This document shows, piece after piece, positions 49,911 to 57,663 of a stretch of DNA of 64,000 nt. The number at the start of each line of letters is the position of its first letter. Position 1 is the first letter of the stretch. Location of the stretch: positions 90,942 through 154,941 of the IMG/VR virus record IMGVR_UViG_3300044634_004833; one strand, 5' to 3'. A model generated the notes under the pieces. It saw only the letters and a program-made list of their open reading frames with translations, was not told the DNA's origin and ran no database searches. The stretch comes from a virus. A program made the position numbers and the translations under genes.

Positions 49911-50365
49911 TTATTTCTCCCGAGCATCCGACCTTTTTTGATTAATTTGAATTACCTGTTTGGGCTTATTTTGAACTTTTTCAATTTTCCATGTGATGAC
50001 TAAAATTCCATTTTCCAAGGAAGCGGTGGGGGGTAGACTGAGCAAACGAAGGATGATTGTCGTAGTTCACGGGCGTAGAACTGGGCAGATTCTGGGGCGT
50101 GTAAGTCGTGATGCATACGGCCCTTTATCGTGAGGGTGTTATCTTCGTTGTACGAGAGTTCTAGATCTTCGGAGGTACAGCCCGGTACAGCGAGGACTAG
50201 TTTGATTTCTTTGTCATCTAAGTAGTAATTAAGTTTTGGATAGCCGGTATTAGATTTAGCTGAGTTGAGTAGAGAATATCTTTGTCCGAAAAAATCGTTG
50301 AAGAATTTGTCAAAAGCGGCTTCCAATGGGAATAGAAATTCATCACGATGTGGTAAAATGTTCAT
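49911..50365 (-). pseudogene. frameshifted Hsp20 small heat-shock protein
   Basis: YPKLN..LAVPG..L.I.G..RE...SF in one frame; ASLENGILVITW..KPKQVIQI continues in another frame to TAA 49911. Confidence 0.8.
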
Positions 50366-50520
50366 AAAAACCTCACTAATGTTTTAATAGACCCCTCTAA
50401 TTTTATTAGAGCGTTTCAAAAGTAATCGAATATGTTATACGGTTGTCGTGAGATTTTTTGCAAGCGAAAATTTTGTCGTCCACAGGGGGAGCCAGCCCAT
50501 TTTATCTGGTTTATTGGAAC

Positions 50521-50640
50521 CGTGTACTTTTCAATGGGCTGGTGTACTTTTTGATGGAGCCGTGTACTTTTCAATTGAACCGTGTACTTTCGAATGGGCC
50601 GGTGTACTTAAATGGGGCCGGTGATGGAGCTGTGTACTTA
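50521..50640 (+). repeat. 20 bp-period repeat with core GTGTACTT
   Basis: Cores at 50522, 50542, 50562, 50582, 50602, 50632. Confidence 0.9.
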
Positions 50641-50962
50641 GTTCGGCCAGGGCGGGAGTCTCTGCCTCCCGAATATAGCTTTTTGTAGTCTAATGTTTTA
50701 ATAGGTGCTTCGACTTTTATTAGATTATATAAATTTTAATAGATTTTAGAACAACTGTGCCACTAAATTTATAATTTATATAATTTATGATGGCTATCAC
50801 AAATGTTATTTGTTATATTTAATGTAATGGCCTACAAAGGGAATTGGAGTAGGTCAATTCTAATTGGTGTGGGTACGAATCGGGAGGTTTTGGGTGTGGA
50901 GATGGCCCAAATGCGGTAGCGTTGCCTTATTATTATATGTGTGCGTAAGGGCGTGGGTGTGC

Positions 50963-50989
50963 CTGCGATAAAAAATGGAGAAGTATTAG
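50963..50989 (+). promoter_or_regulatory. class A motif
   Basis: CTGCGATAA-N14-TTAG. Confidence 0.75.
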
Positions 50990-51124
50990 GGGGCACCAGA
51001 AAAGGAGGCGGTGAAAATCTAGGATATGCAATGTTAATCTCACGCAAGGTGAGCGTTGTGAATTAAACCCGTGAATCCCCACCCGTCCTAGCGAAGGGGT
51101 TTTTACAACAATAAGGAGGGTTAT

Positions 51125-51334
51125 ATGACTAAGGGTTCTCGTGACTTGTTTCTTGCTGACATTCAGGCAGCGATTAAAGAGCATTACATACTTACTGAAA
51201 GGGAAGCTGAGTGTGTCTTGCATTCACTAAGAATTGATGTGCATGCAATTGATACATTGTTGAAATTCAAAAGATTGAGTCAAGACAAGGTTGACTTAAT
51301 TCTCTCTAAATCTAGAGAGGCTGGGTTGGTTTAG
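51125..51334 (+). CDS. small hypothetical early protein
   Basis: SD TAAGGAGG. Confidence 0.75.
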   Translation: MTKGSRDLFLADIQAAIKEHYILTEREAECVLHSLRIDVHAIDTLLKFKRLSQDKVDLILSKSREAGLV

Positions 51335-51335
51335 G

Positions 51336-51362
51336 CTGCGATAAAAAATGGAGTGTCGTTAG
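51336..51362 (+). promoter_or_regulatory. class A motif
   Basis: CTGCGATAA-N14-TTAG, 1 nt after a stop. Confidence 0.75.
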
Positions 51363-51470
51363 GGATCGCAAAATCGAGATGTGGTTGATGAAGAATGATA
51401 TCAATATTTTCTTGTGGTGTTTAGAGTTTGTGAAAAGGCTAAGAGTAGACAAAAAAAGGAGGGCTTAAAA

Positions 51471-51644
51471 ATGAAAGAAGAGCATATGAAAGTTATAGAA
51501 GAACTTCGGGATCTGGGATATGCGGTGTGCATATTTACTCCAGAGGAGTTGAGTGGAGCAAAGCCTCATAAGGTAGAGGATGAGCTTGTTTCTGCTGGGT
51601 GGGACATTATTGATACTTTGGCTACAGAAGAGGAGGTTATATGA
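51471..51644 (+). CDS. small acidic hypothetical protein
   Basis: SD AAGGAGG; ATG 51471. Confidence 0.75.
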   Translation: MKEEHMKVIEELRDLGYAVCIFTPEELSGAKPHKVEDELVSAGWDIIDTLATEEEVI

Positions 51645-51853
51645 TTGATCCTATTGTTGTTAAGTTGGATATAGACTGGGCTTCTTTGAGGGAACAAAAG
51701 GCTGAGTTAATTAAGTATGCTTGGAAAGATGCTGATAGCAATAAATTGCTTGAAGGGATCATCAGCATTATAGATGCTATTCAGGATCAAGCTGTGGATG
51801 AAAATGGTTTGAGTGAAATGTTGGTCTTTGGTGAGAATTTTGGGAAGTCTTGA
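51641..51853 (+). CDS. small hypothetical protein
   Basis: ATGA overlap; GGAGG. Confidence 0.75.
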   Translation: MIDPIVVKLDIDWASLREQKAELIKYAWKDADSNKLLEGIISIIDAIQDQAVDENGLSEMLVFGENFGKS

Positions 51854-51901
51854 AAATTACGATAATTTTATAGCGTATGACCAATTAAGGAGGGCTTAAA
51901 A

Positions 51902-52324
51902 ATGGCTACCAGAGGTACTTATCAGTTCATTGATGATTCTACTAAGACTACCATTTATGTTCATTGGGACAATTATTTGGAAGGGGCAGCAAATTACTTT
52001 TATAATATGCTGACCAATCCTAGTAAAGGTAATTTGGCGACTCAATTTATTAGAGCAGTTAGTCATGCTGAAATAACAAGGTCTCATGCTCGTCATGGAG
52101 ATACTGAATTTCAATATAATATAAAAGGTTCTGATGGTGGTGCAGAACTTGTAGTCAATAGTCCATGCACTAATACAGTTGTGTATAGTGGTGTACTTTT
52201 TGATTTTATCAACGATCATAGTAAGTTAATTGAAAATTACAAGCCTATAAGAAAGTATGTCAATGAGTGGGGTTCTATTCAGTATATGACTGTCGATATG
52301 GCTGAGAGAATGAAACTATGCTAA
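51902..52324 (+). CDS. phage protein with M.TR...YxHWD motif
   Basis: MATRG..IYVHWDNYLEG; SD AAGGAGG. Confidence 0.75.
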   Translation: MATRGTYQFIDDSTKTTIYVHWDNYLEGAANYFYNMLTNPSKGNLATQFIRAVSHAEITRSHARHGDTEFQYNIKGSDGGAELVVNSPCTNTVVYSGVLFDFINDHSKLIENYKPIRKYVNEWGSIQYMTVDMAERMKLC

Positions 52325-52596
52325 AAGTATTTTTATATCAAGAGGGCAGTTTATTTTCAGAAGGAAGTACAGGTAGCAAAGTATTTCCTTCTGATGAAAA
52401 AATTTATAAGTTTAAAAAAAAGCCATTTTCAAGTATGTGGACAGATGAAGTACTTCCTATGTTATGGCATAGTTTTTGGTTTAACAATGAATTTGGAAGT
52501 TCTTACCTTTTTGCAAGAAGTAACGATAGTTGGGAATGGGCTTTAGAGAATATGGTATTTGGCCCTAATTGGAGAGAGCAGAGAGAGAAGTATTAG
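52318..52596 (+). CDS. hypothetical protein
   Basis: Overlaps the upstream stop. Confidence 0.6.
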   Translation: MLKVFLYQEGSLFSEGSTGSKVFPSDEKIYKFKKKPFSSMWTDEVLPMLWHSFWFNNEFGSSYLFARSNDSWEWALENMVFGPNWREQREKY

Positions 52597-52599
52597 GGG

Positions 52600-52626
52600 C
52601 TGCGATAAAAATAAGTTACTTTCTAG
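52600..52626 (+). promoter_or_regulatory. class A motif
   Basis: CTGCGATAA-N14-CTAG. Confidence 0.8.
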
Positions 52627-52659
52627 TGCCCGTAAGAATTAAAGTAAAGGAGGTGAATT

Positions 52660-53379
52660 ATGCCTAATTGGTGTGCTAATGATTTGACTATCTCTGGAAA
52701 AACAACTGATATTAACGCTATGGTTGAATTATTTGATGTAGATGCTAATGGGGTTGTTATATTTAGTTTTGAAAAGATATATCCTACTCCAGATGAATTG
52801 AAGAATGATGATTTATGGTCATCTGGTACGAGTGCAGATACAATAGCAAAGCAATATAAAAGAAACGATCCTTTGACTGATATAGATGGAGTTTCATTGT
52901 TAGGTAGAGACTGTGTGTTATCAGAAGGGGTAAAAGAGTTTCTGGATGACAGTAGGTATATTGATTGGGTTAATTCATATGTTCTTTTAAAAGAAGAAGA
53001 TGACGAAGATAAGATTATGAGTTTTGCTCAAGATTTTGTTAAAATGGTAAACAGACTGGAAGCTTATGGTTTTACTGGTTGGTATGGTTGGAGGGTTGCC
53101 AATTGGGGAACTAAATGGGATGTTGCTCCAGATGATGCATCAATCAATATTGTTGAATATAAGGGTAATAGAAACAAATCAAAATTTTCTTCAACATTTG
53201 ATACAGCTTGGTCACCTCCTATTGGTGTATTGCATAAGTTATCAGAAAGGTTTCCAGAATTGGAAATTAAGGTAGCATTTTTTGAAGGTGGTTGTTGTTT
53301 TAAGGGTACTGCTAAGTTTAAGGGTGGAGAACTGATAAGTTCTACAGAGGGTTCGTATCGTGGCCCTAGAGGGGGTTAA
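52660..53379 (+). CDS. DUF1281/YubB ferredoxin-like domain protein
   Basis: MPNWCAN, W..NWGTKWD, FDTAWSPP. Confidence 0.85.
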   Translation: MPNWCANDLTISGKTTDINAMVELFDVDANGVVIFSFEKIYPTPDELKNDDLWSSGTSADTIAKQYKRNDPLTDIDGVSLLGRDCVLSEGVKEFLDDSRYIDWVNSYVLLKEEDDEDKIMSFAQDFVKMVNRLEAYGFTGWYGWRVANWGTKWDVAPDDASINIVEYKGNRNKSKFSSTFDTAWSPPIGVLHKLSERFPELEIKVAFFEGGCCFKGTAKFKGGELISSTEGSYRGPRGG

Positions 53380-53393
53380 TAATAAAATTTGAA

Positions 53394-53556
53394 CCTTTGA
53401 CCAAAGATATATCGTCAACTACCCCCAGCTAAAGCAGGGAGCTTGTCATTCCAAGTTTCGTGCTGACTTTTAGTCCAGTTCCGGCTTTCAGCCGGAACAC
53501 ACGGAATCTGAAATCAGATTCAACGGACGACATTAGGCTGATTGATGCAGCCCTAT
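53394..53556 (-). ncRNA. putative TnpB-type omega RNA (about 140 nt scaffold plus 3' guide)
   Basis: TTGAAC-N16-TATAAT promoter (53589-53562); several hairpins; ends ...GGGGGTAGTTGAC then flank. Confidence 0.55.
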
Positions 53557-53640
53557 GTTTAATTATAGTGTTGTTTTGTTTAAGTTCAAGAGCCAATTCC
53601 TCCCCCGACTAAAGTCAGGGGGGATTCCTTGGCTCGAAGA
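53414..53640 (-). mobile_element. non-autonomous IS200/IS605-family mini-element (no tnpA or tnpB)
   Basis: Terminal GTCAAC plus hairpin CCCCCAGC-TAAA-GCAGGGAG; second hairpin CCCCCGAC-TAAA-GTCAGGGGG; far boundary approximate. Confidence 0.75.
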
Positions 53641-53658
53641 TCTTGAAAAAGGGGATGC

Positions 53659-53685
53659 CTGAGATAAAAAGTGAGGTATGTCTAG
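53659..53685 (+). promoter_or_regulatory. class A variant CTGAGATAA-N14-CTAG
   Basis: Exact spacing. Confidence 0.7.
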
Positions 53686-53709
53686 TAGGAAAAGAAAAGG
53701 AGGTGCTTT

Positions 53710-53931
53710 GTGGATTTGGAATCTTTGAGGGAAAAGGTTGCCAACGAATTGTGGGAAGGTGCAGATCTACCTGAGCCTTTAAATAAGGAGGGTGAGCGCA
53801 CCCAATGGGTTAAGTATAAAAAGCAAACCAATGTGTGGGTGCGATGTTTTCGGGGAAAGACTCGGAATGAAATTTTCCGAATTAAGTGGAAGTCAAAATC
53901 TATTGAATTTGTTTCAGCAGGTTTGATGTGA
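53710..53931 (+). CDS. small hypothetical protein
   Basis: SD AAGGAGGT; GTG start. Confidence 0.7.
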   Translation: MDLESLREKVANELWEGADLPEPLNKEGERTQWVKYKKQTNVWVRCFRGKTRNEIFRIKWKSKSIEFVSAGLM

Positions 53932-54137
53932 GACACATTCATAGGATACACATAGGGGTTTCCAATTCTATGTTAGATATGCCAGCTGACTGCGAGAAAG
54001 AAGGCTGGCGTATGGTTTGGGATTGGCAGGGGGAGAGATGGAGCTTCTCTGAATCCAATTGTTGTTCATTTAGAAATGACTTGAGACATAATAGGTTACT
54101 AGGTCAAGATTACAACGAAGGATTTTTTTATAGCTGA
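53928..54137 (+). CDS. small hypothetical protein
   Basis: GTGA overlap with the upstream stop. Confidence 0.5.
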   Translation: MRHIHRIHIGVSNSMLDMPADCEKEGWRMVWDWQGERWSFSESNCCSFRNDLRHNRLLGQDYNEGFFYS

Positions 54138-54150
54138 AAGGAGGTGTAAC

Positions 54151-54750
54151 ATGATTGAACTTAGTGATGTTATTCCTGCCGTATTAAAGACATACAAAAA
54201 AGAGCAGCGTGTATTTATTAATATTCGACCTAATGATAATAAGGTATATGTTAATAGAGAAGGAAGTTCTATACTAAAAGATAGTCAATTTATCAAGTCG
54301 GTTACAAAGTTAATGGGATTGTTTACAAATGAAGAGTTAGTTGAATCTGCTAAAACTTTAGCTAGGTGTTCATTTGGCAATTTGGCAAAAGATTTTGAAG
54401 ATAGGGATTTTTTTATAGATATAGAAGATGGTATTTGTAATGATGAATTAACAAAAATTAGTTGGTTTATTCAGTTGTGTAGTTTGTCATTTGCTTATGA
54501 TTTTTGTATAGCAGATATAGACTTTAGTGAATCTATTTCTGATATTGAAAATCCACATATAAAAGTAACTATTGTTTCAAATCAATCTAAAAACCAATTT
54601 GATGTTGTATATGATATTGATGAAGATGAAGGTGAATGTGAAGAATGTGGGTATCTAGAGTGTGAGTGCTGTGCAGATTGTGAGTGTGCAGATTGTGAGT
54701 GTTATGATGATGATGATTTTGATGATGATGATGATGATGATGAAGAGTGA
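54151..54750 (+). CDS. hypothetical protein with Cys-rich, highly acidic C-terminal tail
   Basis: SD AAGGAGGT; ECEECGYLECECCADCECADCECYDDDDFD7EE. Confidence 0.8.
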   Translation: MIELSDVIPAVLKTYKKEQRVFINIRPNDNKVYVNREGSSILKDSQFIKSVTKLMGLFTNEELVESAKTLARCSFGNLAKDFEDRDFFIDIEDGICNDELTKISWFIQLCSLSFAYDFCIADIDFSESISDIENPHIKVTIVSNQSKNQFDVVYDIDEDEGECEECGYLECECCADCECADCECYDDDDFDDDDDDDEE

Positions 54751-54777
54751 CTGCGATAAAATCTTGGGGTTGTCTAG
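54751..54777 (+). promoter_or_regulatory. class A motif
   Basis: CTGCGATAA-N14-CTAG abutting the TGA stop. Confidence 0.8.
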
Positions 54778-54804
54778 TATTCAATTAAGAAAGGAAGTGT
54801 TGAT

Positions 54805-55179
54805 ATGAGTAGTAGCTTCTATATCTGCATTCATCTACATGAGATGTATATGATTAAAGGTTCTATGGTTTATATGTTAGAGAACGATCTTACTATGCTT
54901 AAAGAACAAGCCCAACTTTTGGCTAGAAGTTGTGAGTGGTTTGACAAGAAGTGTAGCAATAATGATATAATCAATGGTTGGAAAGCAAATGGCGATGATC
55001 TTGATGAGTGGATTATTGCATTATGGTTTGCTATGGATGTAGATCCAAATTTGAATGAAAATCATAAGGAAACATTGCGTAGATTGGCATGGTGGCTGGA
55101 TGATGTAGTTGCTTCAGAATTACCGCTAGAGACTGTGCATAGTTCTCCGATGGTTGTAAAAGCGAGGGAAGTGGGCTAA
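54805..55179 (+). CDS. hypothetical protein
   Basis: SD AAGGAAG. Confidence 0.7.
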   Translation: MSSSFYICIHLHEMYMIKGSMVYMLENDLTMLKEQAQLLARSCEWFDKKCSNNDIINGWKANGDDLDEWIIALWFAMDVDPNLNENHKETLRRLAWWLDDVVASELPLETVHSSPMVVKAREVG

Positions 55180-55192
55180 TTTTATTAGCTGG

Positions 55193-55202
55193 CCCGTATA
55201 AT
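55193..55202 (+). promoter_or_regulatory. class B promoter motif CCCGTATAAT
   Basis: Upstream of 55226. Confidence 0.65.
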
Positions 55203-55225
55203 TTATTTTCAGGAGGGAAGCAATT

Positions 55226-55816
55226 ATGCAAAGTAATGATAAATTAGCCAAGTGGAAGGCCCGTCTTAGTTATTTCAAGGATGAGATGGGTTTTGGCCCT
55301 TTGAAGCAATATCGCAACGAGGAGGGCAATCTTCATAGGGATGATGGCCCTGCGTGGATTTCCCCTACTAGAGTGATTTGGTATCAGAATGGGCGCAAGC
55401 ATGGTCTTGATGCTGATATTCATGGTAGTATTCATTACTACTTTGAGAATATTAGGATACCTCCACACTTCTATACAAAGCCTGATTCTTTGACTGTAGA
55501 AGAAGTATTAGGCCATCCCAATGCAGAGTGCCGATATGTAGGCATGAAATGTATTGGTATGGATAAAGTAATGAATCATAAGAGGACAAAGGTGATTCAC
55601 AAGGATAATAGCAAGGGTCAGGTTTTGTTTATGATTGGTGGTATATTTGATGAGCCTGTAGCTTATGTAAAGGTTGTTAATAGTACACAAGAGCCAGATG
55701 GTAGTTATAAAGACTATTATCTATGTGTTCCACCTACTTGTAAAACTTGTTCTGAAGCTGTCAGTTGGACTTTTGGCTTAACTGCTGATAGCTATCGTCC
55801 AGAGCAGGAGACATAG
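55226..55816 (+). CDS. DUF6745-like domain protein
   Basis: LHRDDGPA; KVVNST.EPDGS.K.Y.L.VPP...AV.WTFGL...Y.P..ET. Confidence 0.8.
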   Translation: MQSNDKLAKWKARLSYFKDEMGFGPLKQYRNEEGNLHRDDGPAWISPTRVIWYQNGRKHGLDADIHGSIHYYFENIRIPPHFYTKPDSLTVEEVLGHPNAECRYVGMKCIGMDKVMNHKRTKVIHKDNSKGQVLFMIGGIFDEPVAYVKVVNSTQEPDGSYKDYYLCVPPTCKTCSEAVSWTFGLTADSYRPEQET

Positions 55817-55817
55817 G

Positions 55818-55844
55818 CTGCGATAAAAAATTGAAAAGTTCTAG
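55818..55844 (+). promoter_or_regulatory. class A motif
   Basis: CTGCGATAA-N14-CTAG. Confidence 0.8.
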
Positions 55845-55876
55845 TGCTTGTACTGAGGGGCAAAGGAGGGACAAAG

Positions 55877-56290
55877 ATGTTGGAACAGGCACTAGAACAT
55901 TTGAAGCAGGATGAGTTTAGGGAAGCAATGATGCTTCTTTTGTCTAATCCTGATAAGTTTTCTTCTGAAGATAGGAAGAAGATTTCTAAGTATTGTTTAT
56001 CATCATGTCCAGATATGGCAGATGAAATCTTTACATTGTGTAAGGTTAAGTCTGATACTGAAATGATGAAGCAAGCATTTCAGCATATCAAGCTTAGTAA
56101 TAACAATACTCTTATCTACGCTATTGAATTGGGCCTTGATGCTGTAGCTGAAAGGCTAGTATCAGAGGGCAAGGTCAATAACTTAGATGCTGCCATTTAT
56201 AAATGTTTGCTTTTGCAGAATGGTGTTCTAGCTGGCAAGCTATTGGATATTAAAGCAAAAAGGCAAGCTGAGAAGAACCAGCAATCCTGA
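55877..56290 (+). CDS. helical (ankyrin-like) hypothetical protein
   Basis: SD AAGGAGG; LIYAIELG..VAERLV. Confidence 0.7.
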   Translation: MLEQALEHLKQDEFREAMMLLLSNPDKFSSEDRKKISKYCLSSCPDMADEIFTLCKVKSDTEMMKQAFQHIKLSNNNTLIYAIELGLDAVAERLVSEGKVNNLDAAIYKCLLLQNGVLAGKLLDIKAKRQAEKNQQS

Positions 56291-56292
56291 GC

Positions 56293-56319
56293 CTGCGATA
56301 AAAATAAGTTATTCTCTAG
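56293..56319 (+). promoter_or_regulatory. class A motif
   Basis: CTGCGATAA-N14-CTAG. Confidence 0.8.
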
Positions 56320-56349
56320 TGGGCAACATTACTCTAGGAGGGACAACAA

Positions 56350-57519
56350 ATGACTCATGCTGAAAAATTAGAACAGATTGAAAAATTCAATGAGCTTGCT
56401 CAGAATGGTGAGTGGGAGCAAGCGATAGATATGGTTATATCAGACTTTGATATAAGTTTGTTTAACCTTTCTTCCCGCAAGAAGTTTGTCCAGTATTGCA
56501 AAGATAATGTTACTGAAGATAACGATATTTCTAATAAAAATAAGGTTGTAATTTTCAAGTCTATTGAATCTTTGAGGGTTGTTACAGATAAGTTATTAGG
56601 TGTGCCGATTGCTGAAGAGAAGATAAATTCTCTCCATTCATTTATCCGTATGGGATATGGAATTACTGATTTTAGCAGGGATAAAATAGACTTTTTTTCT
56701 AGCATAGATTTTGCTAAGAATGAGTATTCTTATAACAAATTTGTTGGTGTATTCTTCAATAAAATGAATTTTTCGCATCCTGAGATAAATTGGTATATTA
56801 CTAAGATTATGGATAGTGCTGGTAGGCATAGGTATAACATTAGTTTGGAGAACTCTAAGAAGTTGTTAGACATAGGTTTTTCTGAAAGTTATCCATTTAA
56901 TATGGAAGGATTGTTTTCTATTGATAAATCTCTTATCAATAGAACTACTAAAATAGTTCTTGATAAAAAGAATACAGATTTGGCCAATTACTTATTTACT
57001 GCTTGCTGTGAGAGAAACAATAGAGAATATATTGTTTCTTTGCTTGATAATGGATTTAAGTCTATTACCAATGGAATTCAGATTGCAATAAATAGTAATC
57101 ATTTTGGTCTTGCTACGCTTATATTGAAGTATAAGCCTAGAAAGTTCAGCCTTAGCATGGTTCAATGGCTTATGGACAGATACCACAATCTTGCTAGGAG
57201 GTATTCAGATCGCATTCTTACTATTGTGGATAAATATGCAAAATATGATGTATCTACTAGTAAAAGTTATGCTGAAGAAGCAACTAAGCATGCTAAGCTT
57301 AGTGTTGATGTTATCAATTGCATTCAATATTCACTTGATAGAAAGCCAGATGAAAGTTGTTTGAGCTATATCAAAACAGTTGCTAATGATGCCTCTCATT
57401 ATTTGGATAAGATTAAAAACATTGGTTTAGAGATTGAATCCTATAATATTCCAGCGTTTAGGTGTTTTGATAATGACTTGCGACAAATGGATTCTTATCA
57501 ATCTAATGTTGCTCGTTAG
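56350..57519 (+). CDS. hypothetical protein with ankyrin-like segment
   Basis: SD AGGAGG; AC..NN.E.IVSLLDNG...AI..NH..LA..IL. Confidence 0.75.
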   Translation: MTHAEKLEQIEKFNELAQNGEWEQAIDMVISDFDISLFNLSSRKKFVQYCKDNVTEDNDISNKNKVVIFKSIESLRVVTDKLLGVPIAEEKINSLHSFIRMGYGITDFSRDKIDFFSSIDFAKNEYSYNKFVGVFFNKMNFSHPEINWYITKIMDSAGRHRYNISLENSKKLLDIGFSESYPFNMEGLFSIDKSLINRTTKIVLDKKNTDLANYLFTACCERNNREYIVSLLDNGFKSITNGIQIAINSNHFGLATLILKYKPRKFSLSMVQWLMDRYHNLARRYSDRILTIVDKYAKYDVSTSKSYAEEATKHAKLSVDVINCIQYSLDRKPDESCLSYIKTVANDASHYLDKIKNIGLEIESYNIPAFRCFDNDLRQMDSYQSNVAR

Positions 57520-57520
57520 A

Positions 57521-57547
57521 CTGCGATAAAAAATGGCTATTGGTTAG
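57521..57547 (+). promoter_or_regulatory. class A motif
   Basis: CTGCGATAA-N14-TTAG. Confidence 0.75.
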
Positions 57548-57588
57548 TAGTCATGCTCATCAAGGTGGTCTTGGTGAGAAAAGTAACC

Positions 57589-57615
57589 CTGCGATAAGTT
57601 ATCGCAGTTTGCTAG
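57589..57615 (+). promoter_or_regulatory. class A motif containing a perfect inverted repeat CTGCGATAA-G-TTATCGCAG
   Basis: Exact spacing to CTAG. Confidence 0.8.
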
Positions 57616-57663
57616 TGTGTGCCGGTGGTGTTTATTACTTTGTTGTTAAGGAGGGTTAATACT

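Noticed and set aside
50521-50640. CRISPR mini-array
   Set aside because: The period is only 20 bp, the intervening bases resemble each other rather than being unique spacers, and no cas genes are in the window.
50458-51223. ORFs 50458..50688, 50832..51047 and 50933..51223
   Set aside because: They have no SD and overlap repeats, promoter motifs or a better-supported gene.
52190-52204. 15 nt match (GGTGTACTTTTTGAT) to one unit of the 50521 array
   Set aside because: It lies inside a coding region and is T-rich, so it may be chance.
53414-53640. IscB-type (HEARO) omega RNA on the + strand
   Set aside because: There is no iscB ORF, and the internal promoter and tnpB-like remnant both point to the minus strand.
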